61,176 nucleotides of DNA from Chiloscyllium plagiosum (Eukaryota), in the NCBI RefSeq assembly GCF_004010195.1, contig NW_025215381.1, forward strand, positions 1,542,949-1,604,124, read 5' to 3'. The notes under the pieces are model-generated. The model worked only from the letters and a program-made list of their open reading frames with translations. It was not told the DNA's origin and made no database searches. The translations under genes were made by a program, and so were the position numbers. Below, one piece after another: positions 38,359-51,786 of the stretch (position 1 is the stretch's first letter; each line of letters starts with the position of its first letter).

Positions 38359-39779
38359 TGGCCACAACATCGAAGTCCCAGGTACCGACCCATGCAGCAA
38401 GTTCACCCGCCTTATTCCGGATGCTCCAGGCGTTGAAGTAGACACACTTCAAACCAACTTCCTGCCTGCCAGTGCCTTCCTACAACTTTGAAACCTTATT
38501 TTAGACCTCACTACTCTCACCCTCCCGTATAGTCGAGCTACAATTTCCGTTCCCATCCCTCTGCTGAATTGTTTAATCCCACCCAAAGAGCAATAGCGAA
38601 CTCCCCCTCCCCACCCCACCAAGAGATTGGTTCAGGTGAAGACCATTCTGTTTGTAGGGGTCCCACCTACCCCAGAAAGAGCCCCAATTATCCAGGAATT
38701 CAAAACCCTCGCTCCTGCACCATCCCTGTAGCCACGTGTTCAACTCCTCTCTCTCCCTATTCCTCGCCTCACTAATACGTGGCACGGGCAACAAACCAGA
38801 GACAACAGCTCTGTTTGTTCCAGCTCTAAGCTTCCACCCTAGCTCTCTGAATTTCTGCCTTAAATCTCCATCCCTTTTCCTCCCTATGTCGTTGGTGCCT
38901 CTGGGACCATGACTTGGGGCTGCTCCCTCTCCCCCTCAAGGATCCCTGGCACCTGGGAGGCAATGCACCGGCCGTGAGTCTCTCTCGTTCCCACAGAACC
39001 TCTTATCTGTCCCCCTAACTATGGAGTCCCCAATGACTAAAGCTCTGCTCCTCTCCCCTTATCAGCAACAGGGACAGACTCTGCGCCAGAGACCTGTACC
39101 CCACGGCTTATCCCTGGTACGCCGTGCCTCCCAACAGTATCCAAAATAGTATTCTTGTTGATGGGAACAGCCACAGGGGATCCCTGCACTGCCTTCCAGC
39201 TCCCTTTCCGCCCCCTGATGGTAACCCATCTGCCTCTTTCTTGCACCTGAGGTGTGACTACCTCCCTGTAACTCCTCTCTATAACCCCCTCTGCCTCCTG
39301 AATGATCCAAAGTTCATCCAGCTCCACCTCCAGGTCCCTAACACAGCTTCCGAGGAGCTGGAGTTGGGTGCACTTCCCCCAGACGAGGTCAGCAGGGACA
39401 CTAGTGAGGTGACCCTTACCTCTCACATTCTGCAGGAGGAGCATTCAACTGCCCTAACCTTCATTCCCACCATTCTAAATTCCCAATGAGACTAACTGAA
39501 AACTAAAAGAGAGGGACAGAAACACTAGTCGCTAGTCAATCTGGTGCACCGAACCTTTCTTTTTAGTTAGAGGAGGAGGATGGGTGAGATACACTACCTG
39601 AGTTGCATTTTGGGTAAAGCGACCACCCCAATGTAAGGCCTCAATAAGCCAGCAGTCCCGTGTCCACTCCTGCTCAGCGTGCGCTCTGCCTGTACACGAG
39701 GAAACTTTTTAAACTCTACCCCTACCTTCCTGTTAGGCCTCTGGTCCTTGCTGTCGCTCCTGCCTTTGTAAGCTCCCCA

Positions 39780-40630
39780 AAACTCTCATTTCCCACTGCC
39801 CTTCCCCACATTGTGTGCTTTCTCTTTTGCTTTTATACTATCCCTGCCTTCCCCAGTCAGCCAGGGTTGCCTCATCCTCCCTGTCCCATCCTTCTTTTCC
39901 CTCGGGATGAATCTCCGCTGTGTCTCCTGAATTACTCCCAGAATCCCCTGCTATTGCTGTTCCACTGCCTTTCCTGCCCGGGTCCTCTCCCAGACAATTC
40001 TCCCCAGCTCCTCCCTCATGCCTCTGTAGTTGCCTTTACTCAGCTGTAAAACCGTTCCCTCTGACTCTATCTCCTCCCTCTCAAACTGCAGAGTAAATTC
40101 AACCATATTATGATCACTTCTCCTGAGGGCTCCTTCACCTTAAGTTCCCTTATCAAGTCTGCCTCATTGTCCAACACTAAATCCAGTATTGCCTGTTCCC
40201 TAATGGGCTCCACCACAAGCTGCTCCAAAAAACCATCTTGTAGACATTCCACAAATCCCTTTTTTTGCAGTGCCCTACCAACCTGGTTTTCCCAGTCCAC
40301 CCACATACTGAAATCTTTCATGTTCACTGTAACTTTACCTTTCCTACACATCTTTTCTATCGCCTGGTGTGTCTTCTGCCCCAGCTCCGAAAGGCCTGTA
40401 CATAACTCCAACTGTGTTTTTTTTAAAAACCTTTTGCGGTTCCTCAGCTCTACCCATGCAGATCCTACACCGTCTGACCTGAATTGGTTTAGTTTCATTT
40501 CTTACTAATAAGGCTACCCCACCCCCTCTGCCCACCTACCTGCCTTTTCTGATAAGGTGTAGATCCTGGAATATTCCGCTCCCAATCCTGACCCCCTTGC
40601 AGCCACGTCTCCATGACGCCCACCACGACC
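39780..40630 (-). mobile_element. CR1 endonuclease-region fragment
   Basis: GRGGGVALLVRN, FVECLQDGFLEQLVVEPIREQAILDLVL. Confidence 0.85.
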
Positions 40631-41104
40631 TACCTACCTAGTCACTGCTAACTTCAGGGTCTGCAGTCTTGGAGGTTTCATCTTGGGACACATTGCCTGT
40701 GGCTTTAGTCAGATATGGATCCTCAACTCGATAGATGCTGGAACTGAAATCCAGTGCCTTCGATCATTTGGCCACACTGTCGGAGCAAATATTTCCACCA
40801 AATGGTGCGGTGAGATAGTTGATGAGAAGAATTCTGTTGTGGCACAGCTGTCTGGGTAAAGCCCTTTATCGTCCCTGCTGCTTTTGTGAATTTGAAATGC
40901 ATTTGTCCCTGAGGGAACTGGTCAGTGTGCTCCCTCAGTGCTATACTGTGGACAGTGTGGCTTTCTCCCAGAACTGCACCAGGCCAGTACCCAAACTTGT
41001 GCAATGCTGTCTCAGTACTGCACTGGTGCAGCACATTGGACAGTGTGGCTTTCTTTCAGTACTGCATTGGTGCAGTCCCTTGGGCAATCCAGTGCTCTCT
41101 CACC

Positions 41105-42950
41105 ACTGCATTGGTGCAGCACGTTCAGTGCTCTCTCAGTCCTGCGTTGGTGCAGCACGTTCAGTGCTCTGTCAGTCCTGTGTTGGTGCAACACATTCAG
41201 TGCTCTGTCAGTACTGTGTTGGTGCAACACATTCAGTGCTCTGTCAGTACTGCGTTGGTGCAGGATGTTCAGTGCTCTGTCAGTACTGCGTTGGTGCAGC
41301 ACGTTCAGTGCTCTGTCAGTCCTGCGTTGGTGAGTACGTTCAACACTCTGTCAGTCCTGTGTTGGTGCAGTACGTTCAGTGCTCTGTCAGACCTGCGTTG
41401 GTGCAGCACGTTCAGTGCTCTGTCAGTACTGTGTTGGTGCAGCACGTTCAGTGTTCTGTCAGTCCTGCGTTGGTGCAGCATGTTCAGTGTTCTGTCAGTA
41501 CTGCGTTGGTGCAGGACGTTCAGTGCTCTGTCAGTACTGCGTTGGTGCAGGACGTTCAGTGCTCTGTCAGTACTGCGTTGGTGCAGCACGTTCAGTGCTC
41601 TGTCAGTACTGCGTTTGTGCAGTACGTTCAGTACTCTGTCAGTACTGCGTTGGTGCAGCACGTTCAGTGCTCTGTCAGTACTGCGTTGGTGCAACACGTT
41701 CAGTGCTCTGTCAGTACTGCGTTGGTGCAGCACGTTCAGTGCTCTGTCAGTACTGTGTTGGTGCAGCACGTTCAGTGCTCTGTCAGTACTGCGTTTGTGC
41801 AGTACGTTCAGTGCTCTGTCAGTACTGCGTTGGTGCAGCACGTTCAGTGCTCTGTCAGTACTGCGTTGGTGCAGCACGTTCAGTGCTCTGTCAGTACTGT
41901 GTTGGTGCAGCACGTTCAGTGCTCTGTCAGTCCTGCGTTGGTGCGGCACGTTCAGTGCTCTGTCAGTCCTGCGTTGGTGCGGCACGTTCAGTGCTCTGTC
42001 AGACCTGCGTTGGTGCAGCACGTTCAGTGTTCTGTCAGTCCTGTGTTGGTGCAGTACGTTTAGTGCTCTGTCAGTCCTGCGTTGGTGCAGCACGTTCACT
42101 GCTCTGTCAGTCCTGGGTTGGTGCAGCACGTTCAGTGCTCTGTCAGTACTGCGTTGGTGCAGCACGTTCAGTGCTCTGTCAGTACTGTGTTGGTGCAGCA
42201 CGTTCAGTGCTCTGTCAGTCCTGCGTTGGTGCGGCACGTTCAGTGCTCTGTCAGTCCTGCGTTGGTGCGGCACGTTCAGTGCTCTGTCAGTCCTGCGTTG
42301 GTGCGGCACGTTCAGTGCTCTGTCAGACCTGCGTTGGTGCAGCACGTTCAGTGTTCTGTCAGTCCTGTGTTGGTGCAGTACGTTTAGTGCTCTGTCAGTC
42401 CTGCGTTGGTGCAGCACGTTCACTGCTCTGTCAGTCCTGGGTTGGTGCAGCACGTTCAGTGCTCTGTCAGTCCTGCGTTGGTGTAGCATGTTCAGTGCTC
42501 TGTCAGTCCTGCGTCGGTGCAGCACGTTCAGTGCTCTGTCAGTCCTGCGTCGGTGCAGCACGTTCAGTGCTCTGTCAGTCCTGCGTTGGTGCAGCACATT
42601 GTGCTCTGTCAGTCCTGCGTTGGTGCAGCACGTTCACTGCTCTGTCAGTCCTGAGTTGGTGCAGCACGTTCAGTGCTCTGTCAGTCCTGCGTTGGTGCAG
42701 CACGTTCAGTGCTCTGTCAGTCCTGCGTTGGTGCAGCACATTGTGCTCTGTCAGTCCTGTGTTGGTGCAGCACGTTCAGTGCTCTATCAGTCCTGCGTTG
42801 GTGCAGCATGTTCAGTGCTCTGTCAGTCCTGCGTTGGTGCAGCACGTTCAGTGCTCTGTCAGTCCTGCGTCGGTGCGGCACGTTCAGTGCTCTGTCAGTC
42901 CTGCGTCGGTGCGGCACGTTCAGTGCTCTGTCAGTCCTTCATTAGTGCAG
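41105..42950. repeat. 36-bp minisatellite, about 50 copies
   Basis: Unit gttcagtgctctgtcagtactgcgttggtgcagcac. Confidence 0.97.
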
Positions 42951-43249
42951 CCCCTCAGCCAATACAGTGCTCTCTCGGTGCTGCACTAGAGTGGCTCCTT
43001 GGTCAGCCTCTTCTCCTTATAATTGAAAAGCTGCATCCTCATTGAGACTTTTCTCTGTAGTGGAAATTTTTATTGATTTTTTTTTTGATTTAATGACATT
43101 GAATATCTAGCTTGAAATAGTCTTCCATTTCTCCCTGTAAATTGACCTTCCTTGCCTTCGTAACCTTCCTGAGTCACTGAAAAAGAGAGACACCTTTGAA
43201 AGAATCTTTTCATTATCGCCACTGATCAAGTCGATGTGCTGTTTCGGAA

Positions 43250-43620
43250 AGCAGCATTGATGCGTGATCTCAGCATGTCCCAAAGTGCTTTGTAGCCAGT
43301 GAAGTGTTCTCCAGAGTCACTCACTCGTGTAATGGAAGGGATGCACAGCACGTTGAGTTCACTCAAGCAGCTACGACATCATCAGGTCATTTGATTTTGA
43401 CTAAGTCAGTGTTGAACCACCTTCCCACTGCCCCAGCTCTCGAATCTTTTACAGTATTAGGCCAATGTCTCTGGCAGTGTACCTCTGTCTGGGACAGTGC
43501 TTCAACCAGTGTAGCCCTCTGTCTCTCTCAGTACGGCCTTGGGACAGTGTCTCAACCATTTAGCTCTCACAGTGTAACTCTCTGCACTGAGACTCCCAGC
43601 TTGGAAATGCACCCACTGAA
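43250..43620 (-). mobile_element. Degenerate Deu-domain SINE-like relic
   Basis: cccaaagtgctttgtagccagtgaagt resembles the reverse Deu core as recalled. Confidence 0.45.
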
Positions 43621-45097
43621 CCTTGCTGGGCAGAGGTTACACAAACAGCTCAGTATCTGAGCCACACGAGTACAGTCCCGAGGAGCTCTCCCTCTGGGGC
43701 TGCAGCCCTTTGTTCCTCTCTGGGATTCTCGTCCAACCTTCCTTCCTGGGCACCTGCGTGGGGGGGGGGGGGTTCTGCGTATTTCCTATTGGCCGAAGGT
43801 TTGGAACATCGGCTGTGCAGCACTTTGGAATGTGCTAGCTAACGGTACAGTCAACATTAAATTGTGCTGAGGTATACCCAGGTCAAAGGCGTTGCCTGAT
43901 TTAACATCATCTCGCCCCCCCCAGGCCTTTCGCTTGGAATGTTTCATCAATTGTTTTAGTGACTTTGGGAAGATTTAAACCATGTTAAGGCACCTTTAAG
44001 GTCGCCCTTTGAGTAAATAAATTATTTAATAGCAGCAGGAGAGTTGAAAGAGAGCCCGAAGTAGTTCCAAGGTACAGATACCTAAGGGGTGGCTGAGGGA
44101 TGGGAATATTCGAGGCATTTTACAACCGCTGGTCATTTTTAACCCCCCAAACCAATTTTTAATTTGATAGGTTTTGACGATCTGACTTCTCTTGTCACAC
44201 TGGCTCCTTTTCAGAGACGCCGTCTGGATCATTGGTTTTACGGGGGGAGTTCCAAAAGGCTAGCGACAGGTTTCTGGGGGGGTACTGAGGCTGTTGATCA
44301 ATGTCCTTACAAATGCTGACCGGCTGAAGCTTTCCGAGACCGGCGGGAACCACAGGGGCGATAGCCAAATGAAAATTATTCTAATTTAACTTCGTTTTGA
44401 AGGCTACAATGCTGGGGTTGTCCTTGCTAACTGTGTGAGTAGAAACAGAACTAATGGAATGATGTGAAGGGCTGATTGGCCTCCTGTCTTTTCACAGGAT
44501 GGAAGATCCATCCTATTAATGGTCAGCCTGTTTCTGAGTAGGGGGTGGGGGAGGGGAGAGGGGGGTGTTGTGCGTCCTCCCTCAAAGCCGACCTCCTTGT
44601 TCCCTGGCAATGCCCGCTGCGTCTCTCCCTCACTGTCAGGCCTGAGATTACCGGAGAGGGAGGGCAGAGGAAATTTACTGGGGTGCCCATCGGGGCTTGA
44701 AACGGCAGCTAAGGGGAATGATTGGCAAGGCCGGGGGCGATTGCGTTAAGACTTTGAGGTTGATCTGTGAACGGCAGGACAAACACAAGGACAAACCTTT
44801 CTCATCCCGGGATTGGTGGGCAGGTTGGGGGTTGAGGGGAGGCGGGGGGAAGCGCACGTTTGGAAAATTGCTGCATTGTTTTGGTGGCAGGGACGTGGGT
44901 GAAGCGGTTTCACCGGCACGACTATGGAACCAAGTGTGGGCAACGATGGGCTGAATGGCCTCTCACTGCATTGTAAACGTGCCCGTGGTTCTAACCTGAT
45001 CCACAGAGGATGACGTCTGGTCTGGCATAGAGCAGCACGCCGATGCTGGTCGGGTTGTGGGGTGGGGTGAGGGGGTGGGGAGCAGGTCGGAGGGGTG

Positions 45098-45187
45098 TTA
45101 AGGGGTGGTACCGGGGTAAAGGGGCTGCTGGCCGTCAGCATCTCCTCCGCTGCCTCCGAGATCTGGGTGGCGTTTGGGGGCAATAGT
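45098..45187 (-). CDS. Candidate terminal exon of an unidentified convergent gene (phase 0 reading TIAPKRHPDLGGSGGDADGQQPLYPGTTP*)
   Basis: Good - strand acceptor tcttgttttccag|actatt within a GC-rich, repeat-free block (about 43650-45700); reading frame uncertain. Confidence 0.35.
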   Translation of the reverse strand, partial: TIAPKRHPDLGGSGGDADGQQPLYPGTTP

Positions 45188-45709
45188 CTGGAAAACAAGA
45201 TCACTGGATTACTGAGCGTCAGCAAGTGGATTGTGGCTGAACTGGCAACCCCTCCTATGCTGACAGGTCTCAAACGGACCATAGAAACACCCAAAACCAA
45301 GTGCCAGTCAGGTTCCCCCCCCCGCCTCCTCCCGCCCGTCAACGCGACCCATCCTGCCTGCCTCACCCTGCCTGGCCCCGGGTCTCCCTCAGCGTCTCCA
45401 ATAGGGTGAGTCCGTGGGTGCGTGCTCGGATCGTTCCATCAGTCCTCGTGCTCAATGTGAGGCACCTTCCCTCCCGATTGACAGGCGTAAGTCTGAGCCA
45501 CCCCTCCACCCACCCCTTCACACACTCCCAACCTTTCCCATTCCCTAACACAACGAGGATGCTCACTGCGTCCTTCCCAAGGGGAAGCACGGAAACATAC
45601 ACCAAACAACAAAGATAGGAGCAAGAATAGGGTATTTGCCCCCCCCGGTTCATTATGAACATGGCTCATCATCAAACTCAATACCCTCCTCCCAATCTCT
45701 CCCCATAGT

Positions 45710-46065
45710 ACGGAGCTGATGGCCGACTGGTATTATTGCTAGATTGTGAATTCAGAGAGCTAGATAATGTCCTGGGAAGCCAGTTTGAATCCTGCCGTGG
45801 CAGGTGGTGGAAGTTTGGATTCAATTTTTAAAAAAATCTGCAATTAAGAGCCTAATGGTGGCCATGAGTCCATTGTTGATTGTCAGAAAGTCATATTTGG
45901 TTCACTAATGTCCTTTAAGGAAGGGAACTGTCATCCTTACACGTTCTGGCTTACACGTGACTCCAGACCCACAGCCCTGTGGTTGACTCTTAACTGCCCT
46001 CTGGGCAATTAGGGATGGGCAATAGATGCTGGCCTAGCCAGTGATGCCCCCATCCTTTGAATGAA
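45710..46065 (+). mobile_element. tRNA-derived SINE, second family
   Basis: Homologous to 1310-1645; tgaatgaat tail. Confidence 0.75.
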
Positions 46066-46117
46066 TACTGATTGAAGAAAAAAAATCTCTTTAGCCATAA
46101 AAGCTACAGATACCTAA

Positions 46118-46435
46118 GGGCGGCACTGTTATTTAGTGGTTAGCACTGCTGCCTCACATCGCGAGAGACCCGGGTTCAATCCCAGCCTCGGGCCACTGTC
46201 TGTGTGGAGTTTGCACATTCTCCCAGTCTCTGCATGGGATTTCCTCCGGGTGCTCCAGTTTCCTCCCACCATCTAAAGATGTGCAAGTTAGGATAGATTG
46301 GCCATGCTGGATTGCCATAGCGTTAGGTGCGTCAGTCAGAGGGGAATGGGTTTGGGTGGGTTACTCTTCGGAGGGTCGGTGTGGACTTGTTGGGTCGAAG
46401 GGCCTGTTTCCAGACTGTAGGGAATCCAATCTAAT
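46118..46435 (+). mobile_element. HE1-type SINE
   Basis: Full copy. Confidence 0.9.
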
Positions 46436-47590
46436 ACCTCTGTCTTAAAAACAAACAATGTTGTGGCCTCAACCACCTTCTGTGGCAATGAATTCCACAG
46501 ACACACCATTCTCTGGGTTAAGAAAATTCTCCTCCTCTCAGTCCTAAAAGGCGTATCCTTAAACTATGACCCTGGTCTCCCCCACCATTGCGAGTGTCCT
46601 TTCTGCATCTAACCTTTCCAGTGATGTTAGAATTGTGCAGGTTTCTCTGAGATTCCCCTCTCATTATTCGAAATTGCAGTGAGTACAATCCTAACCAAGC
46701 AAATTTCTCCTCATGCATCAGACCTTTGTCATCCCAGGAATCAACTTGGTAAGCTTTCGCTGTGCTCCTGTTACAGTGAGAACATCCTTCCTCAGACTAG
46801 GAGCCTAAAACTGCACACAATATTCCAAGTGTGGCCTCACCAATGCCCTGTATAACTGCAGCGAGGTGTCCTTGTTTCTGTGTCCAAAGCCTCTCGCAAT
46901 GAAGGATTCCATTTACCTTCTTTACCGCCTGCTGCACCTGCATGCGAGTGGTGCATGAGGATGTCCACGTTTTGTTGAACATCCCCTATCGCTCTAATTT
47001 ACAGCCACTCAAATCGTAACCTGCCTTCCCATTTTGGCTACCAAAGAGGATAACCTCTTATTTATCAACATTAAACTGCATCTGCCATGCATTTGCTCCC
47101 TCAGCCCGCCCAAATCAAATACACCGTCTCTGCATCCCCCTCACAGTTCACCCTCCCATCCAGCTTTGGGCCATCTGCAAATTTTCAGATATTAGATTTA
47201 GTTCCTTCATCTAAATCGTTAACACATATCGAGAATAGCTGGGATCCCCGCACTGATCCCTGCAGTACCCCACTAATCACAGCCTGCCATTCAGATAAGG
47301 CCCATTTTTTCTGACTCTTTATCCCCTCTCTGTGAACCAATACTCTACCTCCAATCCCAAGCACCTTAATTTTATACATTAAGTGGGACTTTGTTAAATG
47401 CCTTCTGAAAGTCCAAATATAGCTTTGCTATAAACTCCTTGATAACCCACATATTCCCTGCTACTGACATTATACTCACTGCTCAATAATTCCCTGCTTT
47501 CTCTCCAACTCCCTTTTTAAATAGTGGGAATGCATTAGCCACCATCCAATTTTCTAGCAACTAAAGAATCCTCGTAGATGACCACCGATG
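46436..47590 (-). mobile_element. CR1 LINE RT/3' fragment
   Basis: SGVLQGSVRGSQLFSICVNDLDEG. Confidence 0.8.
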
Positions 47591-48104
47591 CATGTGGACA
47601 GGGTGAGATTGGATGTGCAGTGAGGTGAATTTGTGAAGATACCAGGTTTCTCAAAGCTGCAAGTGATGGTGGCATTGGGAACAGTTGTCTTGCAGATTGA
47701 AGGGGAATTCCTGACTAAGGTCAAGGCACACACAATTCACAAAAAAAAATGACAACGGGTGAAAATTCTTGCAAAGCCAGGATGGCAGAAGGACATGAAA
47801 TATTAGCACAGCACTTGGGACAGGTGGAAAGACAAGAGGGACAAGATACACGAATTGGTGAGTGACTTGAGGTGTTGAGAATTCAATTACAACCGAAATA
47901 ACCTGAAGGGAAATGGATCTTAAAACACTTAAACTTGAGAACGAGAGAGAAGGAGCATTTAACAGACTGCAACTCGATTTTCAGGTGGGAGAGAAAAAGA
48001 GAGGGAATTGAGAAAGAAACTGCCAGTCCAAAGGTTTTCAGATGAGAACAAAATCAGATGCACTAAGATTCTGATGAGTCTTAGACCATCTAAAGACCAG
48101 TCAG

Positions 48105-48768
48105 CAAAGGCTTAACATATGAGGAATGCTTGAGGGCTCTGGGACTGTACATGATGGAGTTTAGAAGGATGAGGGGGGATTACCTACAGAATACTGAATG
48201 GCCTGGACAGAGTGGATATGGGAAAGATGTTTTCACTGGCAGAAAATCAGAGGAATCGAGAGGGTGGTGCTGGAAAAGCAGTTCAGGTCAGGCAGCATCC
48301 GAAGAGCAGGAGAGTTGACGTTTCGGGCAAGAGCCCTTCACAATTCCTGACTTGCCCGAAACGTCGATTCTGCTGCTCCTTGGGTACTGCCCGACCGGCT
48401 GTGCTTTCCCATCACCACACTCTCGACTCTGATCTCCAGCATCTGCAGTCCTCACTTTCTCTAGAAGATGCGGGGACCCAAGGGCACAGCCTCAGCGTAA
48501 TGGGAAGAGCTTTTAGAATGGAGATAAGGGGAAACTTCTTCAGTTAGAGAGTGGGGCATCTATGGGATTCACTGCCACAGAAGGCCGTGGAGGCCAAGTG
48601 TTTGACTATATTTAAAACGGCGATAATTAGGTTCTTGAGTGTCACGGGGATCCAGGGTTACCGGGAGAAAGCAGGCGAATGGGGTTGAGAAACCTCTCAG
48701 CCATGATTGAATGGCAGAGTAGACTCAATGGGCTGAATGGCCTAATTTCTGCTCCGATGGTCTTATGT
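48105..48768 (+). mobile_element. CR1 3' fragment with inverted-arm Penelope mini-element at about 48250-48460
   Basis: LRALGLYMMEFRRMRGD...GNFFSERV. Confidence 0.8.
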
Positions 48769-48863
48769 TTAAAGTTACACAGTCCTAACCAACATTTGAA
48801 GAAAAAGATGTGGAGTCATTCTTTACGTCATTTCCAAAATGGCAAAAGGTCAAAGTGAGTTTG

Positions 48864-49285
48864 AAGGTCACCCCTCAGCCTCCGACGTTCCAGAGAAAAC
48901 AGCCCCAGCCTGTTCAACCTGTCCCTATAGCTCAAACCCTCCAGCCCTGGCAACATCTTTTCTGAACCCTTTAAAGTTTCACAACATCCTTCCGAGGGTT
49001 TGAGCTACAGGGAGAGGCTGAACAGGCTGGGGCTATTTTCCCTAGGAGCATCGGAGGCTGAGGGGTGACCTTATAGAGGTTTACAAAATCATGAGGGGCA
49101 TGGATAGGATGAATAGACAAAGTCTTTTCCCTGGGGTCGATTTGGATGGGTATATGAATAGGAAGGGTTTGGAGGGATATGGGCCGGGTGCTGGCAGGTG
49201 GGACTAGATTGGGTTGGGATATCTGGTCGGCATGGACAGGTTGGACCGAAGGGTCTGTTTCGGTGCTGTACATCTCTATGACTCT
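48864..49285. mobile_element. CR1 3' fragment with fold-back inversion
   Basis: 48864-48940 is the reverse complement of 48995-49072. Confidence 0.8.
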
Positions 49286-49799
49286 AATAAACAAAGCAGA
49301 ACAATCATAGGAAAGCACTTTGGGTACTTTTCCATCATGTGTAGTGACCAATGTAAACCACAAGCAAATATTTTGGAAGTTGAAACTTCCCTTTGTCAGA
49401 AAAAAAAAATGTACTCACACAGTAAGTAATTAGGGTTTGGAATGTACTGCCTGGAAGTGTGATGGAGGCAGGTTCAACTGAGGTATTCGAGATGGCACTG
49501 GATGGTTATTGGGATAGAAGTGGTGTTCAAGGGATGTGGGGAAAAGGCAGGAGATTGACACGAGGAAATAGAATCGCTAAAGGCACAATGGGCTCTGTGC
49601 ACCATAACAACTCTGTGATTCTGTAAGGGTGAGATCATTCAGAAGTGTTTTGTACCTGCTTTTCAATTGAAGCTCTTGAGACAGATCCGGAGCTGAGGAG
49701 GTTAGCACGGATAGCTGACAGTAAAGCTGAGCTGAAACAGTTCCAGATTAGAAACAGAGTTCAGGTGAGGAAGTGGAGAGATCCTCACTGACCTGCTTG

Positions 49800-51672
49800 A
49801 GGAATAGAACATGGAACCTAGAACATTCCAGCGCAGTACAGGCCCTTCGGCCCTCGATGTCGCACCAACCTGTGGAACCAATCTGAAGCCCATCTAACCT
49901 ACACTATTCCATTCTCATCCATGTGTCTATCCAATGCCCATTTAAATGTGTTTAGGGTTGGTGAGTCTACTACTGTTGCAGACAGACCGTTCCATGTCCC
50001 AACTACTCTCTGAGTAAAGAAACTACCTCTGACATCTGTCCTATATCTATCACCCCTCAATTTAAAGCTATGTCCCCTGTGCTAGCCATCACCATCCAGG
50101 GTAAAAGGCTCTCACTGCCCACCCTATCTAACTCTCTGATTATCGTATACACCTCGATTAAGTCACCTCTCAACCTTCTTCTCTAATGAAAACAGCCTCA
50201 AGTCCCTCAGCCTTTCCTCCTAAGACCTTCCCTCCATACCAGGCAGCATCCTAATAAATCACCTCTGAATCCTTTCCAAAGCTTCCACATCCTTCCTATA
50301 ATGCGGTGACCAGAACTGTACACAATACTCCAAGTGCGGCCGCACCAGAGTTTTGTACAGCTGCAGCGTGACCTCATGGCTCCGAAACTCAATCCCTGTA
50401 CCAATAAAAGCTAACATGCCTTATGCCTTTTTAACAATCTATCATCGTGGGTGGCAACTTTCAGGGATATATGTACCTGGACACCAAGATCTCTCTGCTC
50501 ATCTACACTACCAAGAATCTTACCATTAGCCCAGCTACTTCTTCTAAAGTGAATCACCTCACACTTCTCCACATTAAACACCATTTGCCACCTCTCAGCC
50601 CAGCTCTGCAGTTTAGCTATGTCCCTCTGTAACCTGCAACACCCTTCCGCACTACCAACAACTCCACCGATCTGAGTGTCATCCGCAAATTTACTAACCC
50701 CTCCTTCTATTCCCACATCCAGGTCATTCATAAAAATGACATACAGCAATGGCCCCAAAACAGATCCTTGTGGTACCCCACTAGTAACTGAACTCCAAGA
50801 TGAACAGTTCCCATCAACCACCACCCTCTCTTCTTTCAGCTAGCCACGTTCTGATCCAAACCACTAAATCACCCTCAATCCCATGCCTCTGTATTTTGTG
50901 CAATAGCCTACCGTGGGGAACCTTATCAAATGCCTTACTGAAATACATATACACCACATCAACCACTTTACCCTCATCTACCTGTTTGGTCACCTTCTCA
51001 GTGAACTCAATAAGGCACGACCTACCCTTCACAAAACCGTGTTGACTATCCCTAATCAAATTATTCCTCTCTAGATAATTATAAATCCTATCTTTTCTAA
51101 CCCTTTCCAACACTTTACCCACAACCAAAGGAGGGCTCACTGGTCTATAATTACCAGGGTTATCTCTACTCCCCTTCTTTCACAAGGGGACACCATTTGC
51201 TATCCTCCAGTCTTCCGGCACTATTCCTGTCGACAATGATGACATAAAGATCAAAGCCAAGGGCTCAGCAATCTCCTCCCTGGCTTTCCAGAGAATCCGA
51301 GAATAAATCCCATCTGGACCAAGGAGTTATCTATTTTCCCACTTTCCCGAATTCCTAACACCTCCTCCTTATGAACCTCAATCCCATCTAGTCTAGTAGC
51401 CTGTATCTCAGTGTTCTCCTTGACAACATTGTCTTTTTCCAGCGTGATACTGATGAAAAATATTCATTTAGCGCTTCCCCATCTCCTCGGACTCCATGCA
51501 CAACTTCCCACTGCTATCTCTGATTGGCCTTAATCTTACCCCTGGCTGTTCTTAGCTCTCTCTTTTAGTCTTTCTTGGCTAACCTGTAACTCTCAAGTGC
51601 CCTAACTGAGCCTTCACATCTCATTGTAACATAAACCTTCTTCCTCTGGACAAGAGATTCCACTTCTTTAGT
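49800..51672 (-). mobile_element. 5'-truncated CR1 LINE, same family as 34165-39560
   Basis: SGVPQGSVLGPLLYVIFMNDLD, SKFADDTQ, SKAFDKVPH. Confidence 0.92.
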
Positions 51673-51786
51673 AAAGAGCGAGAGAGAGAGGGAGAGAGGG
51701 AGAAAGGCCAGTAGTAACAGTTTTCAGACACCAGATGGTGCTCACACCAAAGGAAGTGATGATTTGACGGAATTTCCTTCTCTTGA

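Larger units (their letters stand above)
34165..39560 (-). mobile_element. Near full-length decayed CR1 (HER1-like) LINE: ORF1 (CxxC/coiled coil/esterase) and ORF2 (APE endonuclease, RT)
   Basis: VECSSCRM, GKCTQLQLL, FLDNWGSFWGRW; GGVALLVK, GVFYRPPNS, GNSDHNSV; QHGFVKGRLCLTNLIEF, DFSEAFDKVPH; frameshifts and stops. Confidence 0.92.

Noticed and set aside
41105..42950. CRISPR array (36-bp repeats)
   Set aside because: Head-to-tail repeats with no unique spacers, no cas genes, eukaryotic context
40819..43045. 414-706 aa Cys-rich ORFs as protein-coding genes
   Set aside because: Overlapping ORFs in four frames arise from a stop-free 36-bp unit; variants do not favour any one frame
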